Positions 56,974 to 64,000 of a stretch of DNA of 64,000 bases are shown here, in pieces; positions within the stretch are counted from its first letter, which is position 1; every line of letters starts with the position of its first letter. The notes beneath the pieces are model-generated. The model was not told where the DNA came from. It was given only the letters and a program-made list of their open reading frames with translations, and made no database searches. Source of the DNA: Spirochaetia bacterium (GTDB taxonomy: Bacteria > Spirochaetota > Spirochaetia > SZUA-6 > Bin103); contig CBDBDQ010000005.1 of assembly GCA_965203905.1 (NCBI GenBank), positions 6,048,001-6,112,000 on the forward strand. Reading direction: 5' to 3'. A program made the position numbers and the translations under genes.

Positions 56974-58329
56974 GTGCTCCAGTATAGGAAGCCGTCAAAA
57001 CACCGGTCAACGGCGGCCGCCGGTGCGGCTCGACGGCGACCGCGAGGCGGCCGTCCGGCACTGGCGGTTGCCCTGCTCGCCAGCCTCACGCTGGCCGCGA
57101 CCTGCCCCACCGCGCCCTCGCCCGAGGTCACGCCCGACAGCATCGTCCTGGTGGACTCGGCCGCGCCCTACTACTCGCTGCAGGTGAGTGCCGATCGCAC
57201 GCAGTGGATCGCGGTGTTCGCCGACGCTACCGACCTGACCCTGAAGCTGGTGCGCGGCCCGCTGGCGCAGCCGGAGGCGGGCGTCAGCTCCACGACCACC
57301 ATCGACCGCATCGACGTGCCGCCGGGGATCAACCCCTATTTCGGCCGCCACGCGTTCTTCGAGCACGCCGGTGTCGAGCATCTGTTCTACAGCGATCAGG
57401 AACTGGCCGACGCACGGGTCACCAAGTGGGTGTACCGGGCGGCGGCCAGCGAAGACCCCTGGACCGTAGACCTGCTGCCCGAGGCGATACTGCCGATTGC
57501 CGCGTTGGCAGCGACCGAAGAGTCGTCCGCGCAACCACAGTTCACCCTGTATGGAGTCGTGGACGCACCTCTGGAGGATCCGGACGCGGCCGTCGTCGCC
57601 TACGGCGTGCGCCCCGACGCCGTCACCGAGCCGTCGGCGACGGCCGTGGGCGAGAGGCGGCTGGTCGTCAGCGGTGTGGCGCAGGCGCAGGTGGACGGCG
57701 TTGCGGGTCCCCTGGTGAGCCGGTATGGCTGCTCCGGTCGCAACGGATTCGCCGCCCAGGACGCTGCCGGCCTGCTGCTGGTGGAGGACACCGGCGAGCC
57801 GCGTCGGGTCGCGCTGCGGAGTCTCACGGGGGCAGCCGGACCAACCGCCATCGGCTGCGGCTCGCAGGGGATGCTGATCGTGTACGCGCGCGACGAGCCG
57901 CGGGCCATGCGCACCAGTTCCGGACCCGCGCTCCAGGCGCACGAGGTGGTGGCGATGCGCGTGGACCGCAGGGGCGCGGTCGGCGCCGAGATCAAGGTCA
58001 CCCTGGCGCGTGACGTAAACGTGCTGGCGGTGTTCCCGGAGCCGCCGGCGGCCGACTCGGACACGCCGGCCCTGTCGGTACTGTTCTCGGAGCTGGCCCT
58101 GGACCCTGCGGGCGAAGCCGAGTACCGCCTGTCGCTGGTGACCCCGGAAGAGGACGGGTACGGGAAGCGCGTGCTGGTGCGCGGCGCGCAGCCGGTGCAG
58201 GACCTGCGCGCCCTCCGCGTCGGCGGCGAACTGATCGTCGCGTTCCGGCGCGCCCGCGAGTTGCGCCTGCTGCGCACCCCCATCGCCATGCACCCCGGCG
58301 GCGATCCACAGAGCGGGGGAAGCTGGTAG
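56974..58329 (+). CDS. Hypothetical exported protein or lipoprotein
   Basis: Long ORF with host-like codon use and a signal-like segment ending LAATC; start uncertain. Confidence 0.65.
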   Translation: MLQYRKPSKHRSTAAAGAARRRPRGGRPALAVALLASLTLAATCPTAPSPEVTPDSIVLVDSAAPYYSLQVSADRTQWIAVFADATDLTLKLVRGPLAQPEAGVSSTTTIDRIDVPPGINPYFGRHAFFEHAGVEHLFYSDQELADARVTKWVYRAAASEDPWTVDLLPEAILPIAALAATEESSAQPQFTLYGVVDAPLEDPDAAVVAYGVRPDAVTEPSATAVGERRLVVSGVAQAQVDGVAGPLVSRYGCSGRNGFAAQDAAGLLLVEDTGEPRRVALRSLTGAAGPTAIGCGSQGMLIVYARDEPRAMRTSSGPALQAHEVVAMRVDRRGAVGAEIKVTLARDVNVLAVFPEPPAADSDTPALSVLFSELALDPAGEAEYRLSLVTPEEDGYGKRVLVRGAQPVQDLRALRVGGELIVAFRRARELRLLRTPIAMHPGGDPQSGGSW

Positions 58330-58358
58330 GGGACGACGACGAAGTAGACGGTACAGTG

Positions 58359-58847
58359 TCAGCGGCCGCTGCGGCCGTGGTGCCGGCGGGCGACCGCCAG
58401 GCGCGTGGCCGACTGACGCAGGGCGTCATGGGCATGGCCCAGCTCGACTCCGGTCGGGCCCCGCTCCAGGGTCTCCAGGGCGCGGCGATGCGCCGCTTCC
58501 GCCAGCTCCAGATCGATCTCGGCGGCGTGCTCGGCACGGTCCGCGAGCACCACCACGTGGTCGGGCAACACCTGCATCAGGCCGCCGCCGATCGCCACGT
58601 AACGATCCTGCTCCCCTTCTGCCCGGATCACCAGCTCGCCATGCTCCAGGGCGGTCAGCATCGGCTGGTGGAGCGGCAGAATGCCGACCTCGCCGTCCGC
58701 ACCCGGTGCTGTCACCATGTTCACCTCGGCGTCGAACAACTGCCGTTCGATGGTGAGGATCTCGAGCCGCAGGCGCCCGGCCGCCGGACCGCCTCCAGCC
58801 TCGCGTTCGGAGGCCCGCGGAGTCACGGACTGACCGTGCTGGCTCAC
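58359..58847 (-). CDS. atpC: F1 ATP synthase epsilon subunit
   Basis: GEVGILPLHQP and VVLADRAE..AEID. Confidence 0.93.
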   Translation of the reverse strand: MSQHGQSVTPRASEREAGGGPAAGRLRLEILTIERQLFDAEVNMVTAPGADGEVGILPLHQPMLTALEHGELVIRAEGEQDRYVAIGGGLMQVLPDHVVVLADRAEHAAEIDLELAEAAHRRALETLERGPTGVELGHAHDALRQSATRLAVARRHHGRSGR

Positions 58848-58848
58848 G

Positions 58849-60288
<1,440 letters not shown>

Positions 60289-60306
60289 TCACTCTCTCCC
60301 GCGCGC

Positions 60307-61239
60307 TCAGCGCGCCGCCGCCAGCGCCTCGGCGCCGCCGGCGATGTCCAGCATCTCCTCGGTGATCGACTGCTGGCGCACCTTGTTGTAGGTCATGGTC
60401 AGGTCCTTGAGCAGATCGTTGGCGTTCTCGGTGGCGTTGCGCATCGCCACCATGCGCGCGGCATGCTCGCTGGCCAGCGACTCCACCACCGCCTGGTAGA
60501 TCTGCAGCTCCACGAAGCGGCGCACCACCTGCTCCAGCAAGTCCTCCGCCGCCGACTCGTAGCTGAAGCCGCCGGCCAGCGGCGGCGGGGTAGCGCGCAG
60601 ATAGCGGCCCATGACCGGCGTGCGCTCGCCGCGCGGCGGTTCCTCGTCCAGCTCCAGCGGGTGCAGTGGCAGCAGCCGCCGCACCTGCGGCTCCTGGCGC
60701 AGCACGTTCAGAAAGTCGGTGTAGGCGATGTACACCGCGTCGCTGGCGCCGCTCAGAAAGCCATCCGTCGCGCTGCGGGCGATCGGTGCCACGTCCATCT
60801 CGCCGGGCCGGTCGGGCAGGTCGCCGAACTCGGCATCGATCACGAACCCGGCGCGCAGCATCGAATCGCGCCCCTTGCGACCGACGGTGATCAGCCGCAG
60901 CTCAGGGCCGCTCTGACGCTCCAGGAAGCCGCGCGCGGCGCGGATCACGGAGCCGTTGTAGGCCCCCGCCAGCCCACGGTCACCCGAGATCAGGATCAGC
61001 ACCACGGAGCGTACCGGATCGCGTTCCGTCAGCAGCGGCGCCGGGACGTCGCCCACCGCCTGCTGGGCGGCAAGGTGGGTAAGCAGCTCCCAGGCCTTGG
61101 CCGCGTAGGGGCGCGAGGCGGTCACCTGCTCCTGGGCCCGCCGCATGCGCGAGGCGGCCACCATCTCCATCGCGCGGGTGACCTGTGACAGGTTGCGGAT
61201 GCTGCGAATGCGGTTGCGCAGCTCACGGACCGACGCCAC
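60307..61239 (-). CDS. atpG: F1 ATP synthase gamma subunit
   Basis: DRGLAGAYN, SEHAARMVAM and RQQSITEE. Confidence 0.97.
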   Translation of the reverse strand: MASVRELRNRIRSIRNLSQVTRAMEMVAASRMRRAQEQVTASRPYAAKAWELLTHLAAQQAVGDVPAPLLTERDPVRSVVLILISGDRGLAGAYNGSVIRAARGFLERQSGPELRLITVGRKGRDSMLRAGFVIDAEFGDLPDRPGEMDVAPIARSATDGFLSGASDAVYIAYTDFLNVLRQEPQVRRLLPLHPLELDEEPPRGERTPVMGRYLRATPPPLAGGFSYESAAEDLLEQVVRRFVELQIYQAVVESLASEHAARMVAMRNATENANDLLKDLTMTYNKVRQQSITEEMLDIAGGAEALAAAR

Positions 61240-61259
61240 GCTCCGTGCCTATTCGGGCC

Positions 61260-62789
61260 TCAGGCCCGCTCCTCCGTTACCTCGTAGCCCGCCTGCCGGG
61301 TGTATCCGGCGACTGCCTCGGACAGGCTCGCGTCAAGCTCCTCGGTGAGCTCCAACTGCGAATCGATGCCGCGAATGATGGCCGGCTGGGTGCCGGCGAT
61401 GTGCTTGACAAGGCCGTCGACGTAGCCGCCGATGGCACTGGCCGGTACCTGGCGGGCGAAGCCGCGGGTCAGGGCGAAGACTCCAATCACCTGGTGCGCC
61501 AACTCCTGCGGCTGGTACTGCGGCTGCTTGAGCAGCTCGGTAAGGCGCTGACCGCGCTCCAGTTGACCGCGCGTGGTCTGGTCCAGGTCGGAGCCGAACT
61601 GGGCGAACGCCGCCAGCGCGTAGTACTGGGCCAACTCCAGGCGCAGTTGTCCGGCGACCTGCTTCATCGCCTTGGTCTGGGCGTCGCCGCCTACCCGCGA
61701 GACCGACAGGCCCACGTTCACCGCCGGCCGCTGGCCGGCGTAGAACAGGTCCGACTCCAGGTAGATCTGGCCGTCGGTGATGGAGATGACGTTGGTGGGG
61801 ATGTAGGCGCTGACGTCGCCGGCCAGGGTCTCGATGATCGGCAGCGCGGTGAGCGATCCGTCGCCGCGCTCCGGAGACAGCCTCGCGGCCCGCTCCAGCA
61901 GCCGCGAGTGCAGGTAGAACACGTCGCCGGGATACGCTTCGCGCCCCGGCGGCCGGCGCAGCAGCAGGGATATCTGGCGGTAGGCCCAGGCGTGCTTGCT
62001 GAGGTCGTCGTAGACCACCAGCACGTCCTTGCCCTGCTCCATGAAGTACTCGCCGATGGCGCAGCCGGCATACGGGGCTACGTACTGCTGCGGCGCCGAA
62101 TCGGCGGCCCCTGCCACCACCACCACGGTGTGCTCCATGGCGTCGTGCTCGCGCAGCGTGGCTACCACCTGGGCGACCTGACCCTGGCGCTGGCCGATCG
62201 CCACGTAGACGCAGATCAGGTCCTTGCCCTTCTGGTTGATGATGGTGTCGACCGCCAGCGCCGTCTTGCCGGTCTGGCGGTCGCCGATCACGAGCTGGCG
62301 CTGGCCGCGGCCGATGGGGGTCATCGAGTCGATCGCCTTGATCCCGGTCTGCACCGGGGTATCGACGTTCACCCGTTCCACCACGCCCGGCGCGACCCGC
62401 TCGATCGGCATCGTGGCGGTGGTGCGGATCGAGCCCTGGCCATCCACCGGCGCGCCGTTGGCATCCACCACCCTGCCGATCATCGCATCGCCGACGGGAA
62501 TCGAGGCGATGCGGCCGGTGCTCTTGACCAGCGCACCCTCTTCGATGTGGGCGTACTCGCCGACGATGACGGCCCCCACCTCGTCCGGTTCCAGGTTGAG
62601 GGCGATGCCCTGGACTCCGCCGGGGAACTCCAGCAGCTCGGTGGCCATCACCCGGGACAGGCCGCCGATGCGGGCGATGCCGTCGCCCACGGAAAGCACC
62701 GTGCCGACCTCGCTGGCCTCCAGCGGCGCCTCGAAGCCCTCGATGCGCCGGCGAATCTCATCGGTGATACGGTCGAGCTTGAAGTCCAT
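61260..62789 (-). CDS. atpA: F1 ATP synthase alpha subunit
   Basis: GDRQTGKT and [21 protein letters not shown]. Confidence 0.98.
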   Translation of the reverse strand: MDFKLDRITDEIRRRIEGFEAPLEASEVGTVLSVGDGIARIGGLSRVMATELLEFPGGVQGIALNLEPDEVGAVIVGEYAHIEEGALVKSTGRIASIPVGDAMIGRVVDANGAPVDGQGSIRTTATMPIERVAPGVVERVNVDTPVQTGIKAIDSMTPIGRGQRQLVIGDRQTGKTALAVDTIINQKGKDLICVYVAIGQRQGQVAQVVATLREHDAMEHTVVVVAGAADSAPQQYVAPYAGCAIGEYFMEQGKDVLVVYDDLSKHAWAYRQISLLLRRPPGREAYPGDVFYLHSRLLERAARLSPERGDGSLTALPIIETLAGDVSAYIPTNVISITDGQIYLESDLFYAGQRPAVNVGLSVSRVGGDAQTKAMKQVAGQLRLELAQYYALAAFAQFGSDLDQTTRGQLERGQRLTELLKQPQYQPQELAHQVIGVFALTRGFARQVPASAIGGYVDGLVKHIAGTQPAIIRGIDSQLELTEELDASLSEAVAGYTRQAGYEVTEERA

Positions 62790-62791
62790 GG

Positions 62792-63310
62792 TCAGTTTCC
62801 TCGCACCAGGGCACTGTCGATGGCCTGCAGCCTGGTGCGCACGCTACCGTCCACCACCTGGTCGCCGAGGCGCACCACGGCGCCGCCCACGATGCTCGCA
62901 TCCACGTCGAAGGACACGCTCAGGTCGGCGCCGTGGGTCTGCTGGAGATTGGCGACGAAACGCTGCCGCTCCTCGGCATCCAGGGCGTAGGCCGTGGTGA
63001 CAATCGCCATGCGCGCCTGCGGTCCGCCGCTGGCCATCGCCCCCATCCAGTCGACGATGGCCGGCAACTGCCCCAGGTCGCCGCGCTCCAGCAGCGTGAA
63101 CAGGAAGTTGCTGCAGCCTTCACCGGCGGTATTCGGCAGCAATTCCTGAAGGCGACTCTGGCGGGAGCTGAAAGCAGCCGAACGGTCGCTGAGCTGGGCC
63201 AGAAGGTCCGGTTCCCGCTCCAATTGCCCGCGGAGGCCGCGCAGCGTGCTCAACCAGGGTTCAGCCGCGCTCGCGAACGCCGCCAGTGCGTAGTTGCGCG
63301 CGTCCGTCAC
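62792..63310 (-). CDS. atpH: F1 ATP synthase delta subunit
   Basis: ARNYALA and [21 protein letters not shown]; operon position. Confidence 0.93.
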   Translation of the reverse strand: MTDARNYALAAFASAAEPWLSTLRGLRGQLEREPDLLAQLSDRSAAFSSRQSRLQELLPNTAGEGCSNFLFTLLERGDLGQLPAIVDWMGAMASGGPQARMAIVTTAYALDAEERQRFVANLQQTHGADLSVSFDVDASIVGGAVVRLGDQVVDGSVRTRLQAIDSALVRGN

Positions 63311-63807
63311 TTGCCGTCCTCGGTGCCCAACTCACGGACGAACTGGTCCACCAGGCGCCGCTGGGCGGCCTGGTCAAGGGCTGCTCCCACTACCTTGCGG
63401 GAGATGGCCAACGCAAGCTCGGCGGTCTGCTGCTGCAGCTCCGCCGCCACCTGCCGGCGCTCCTGCTCGATCTCCTCGAGGGCCCGCGCCTTGATCTCCG
63501 CGGCGTCCTGCTCGGCGGCCTGCAGCACCTCGTGGCGTACGTGCTCCGCCTGCTGCGCCAGCTTGGCGGCTTCCGCCTGGGCCGCGCCGCGCGCTTCCTC
63601 CAGCTCGCGCTCGAACCGGGCGCGTTGCTCCGCGGCCTCCGCGGAGGCGCGTTCGGCGGCGTCGAGCCCCTCGGCGATACGCTGCTTGCGCCCTTCCAGC
63701 ATCTGCTTGACCGGCTTGTACAGCAGCAGGCGCAACAGCAGCACCAGGATTACGAAGTTGATGGCGTAGGCGATCAACCCGCCCAGAGAGATGCCGAGAG
63801 CTTCCAC
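63307..63807 (-). CDS. atpF: Fo ATP synthase b subunit
   Basis: N-terminal TM INFVIL...LYKPV followed by a long coiled coil. Confidence 0.94.
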   Translation of the reverse strand: MEALGISLGGLIAYAINFVILVLLLRLLLYKPVKQMLEGRKQRIAEGLDAAERASAEAAEQRARFERELEEARGAAQAEAAKLAQQAEHVRHEVLQAAEQDAAEIKARALEEIEQERRQVAAELQQQTAELALAISRKVVGAALDQAAQRRLVDQFVRELGTEDGK

Positions 63808-63821
63808 GGTAGCCTCAAGAA

Positions 63822-64000
<179 letters not shown>

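Overview
High-GC (about 70% by eye) bacterial chromosomal window. It is probably from a Spirochaetia (Spirochaetaceae-like) lineage, inferred from a pallilysin-related adhesin, a TP0733-like beta-barrel, two bactofilins and spirochaete-style solute-binding-protein N-termini. The left part (1-39.3 kb) is accessory catabolism. It starts with an MFS transporter and a 2-hydroxyacid dehydrogenase. A ~2-kb low-GC three-gene cassette follows, bracketed by a 46-bp duplication of a gene 3' end. Next is a 21-kb minus-strand glycan-utilisation locus (two GH2, GH106, GH78, an unassigned 1103-aa GH-like protein, a sugar ABC system with a frameshifted SBP, ThuA, Gfo/Idh/MocA and an isomerase). After that come PhyH, SDR, a DSD1 aldolase, an AAA/PD-(D/E)XK protein, a serine hydrolase-sulfatase pair and an Opp-type ABC operon ending in a CRTAC1/ASPIC gene. 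The right part (39.5-58.3 kb) is core and envelope genes (guaA, purB, map, nusB, SurA-like PPIase, DnaJ-domain, SPOR). The window ends inside an F1Fo ATP synthase operon (atpE partial, F, H, A, G, D, C) whose motifs look Chloroflexota-like. No rRNA, tRNA, CRISPR array, integrase or transposase was recognised. The best candidate for an undescribed system is the integrase-less low-GC triad (TIGR04255-like protein, GWxG-motif protein, small ART-like protein). All family calls come from motif recognition, not database searches.
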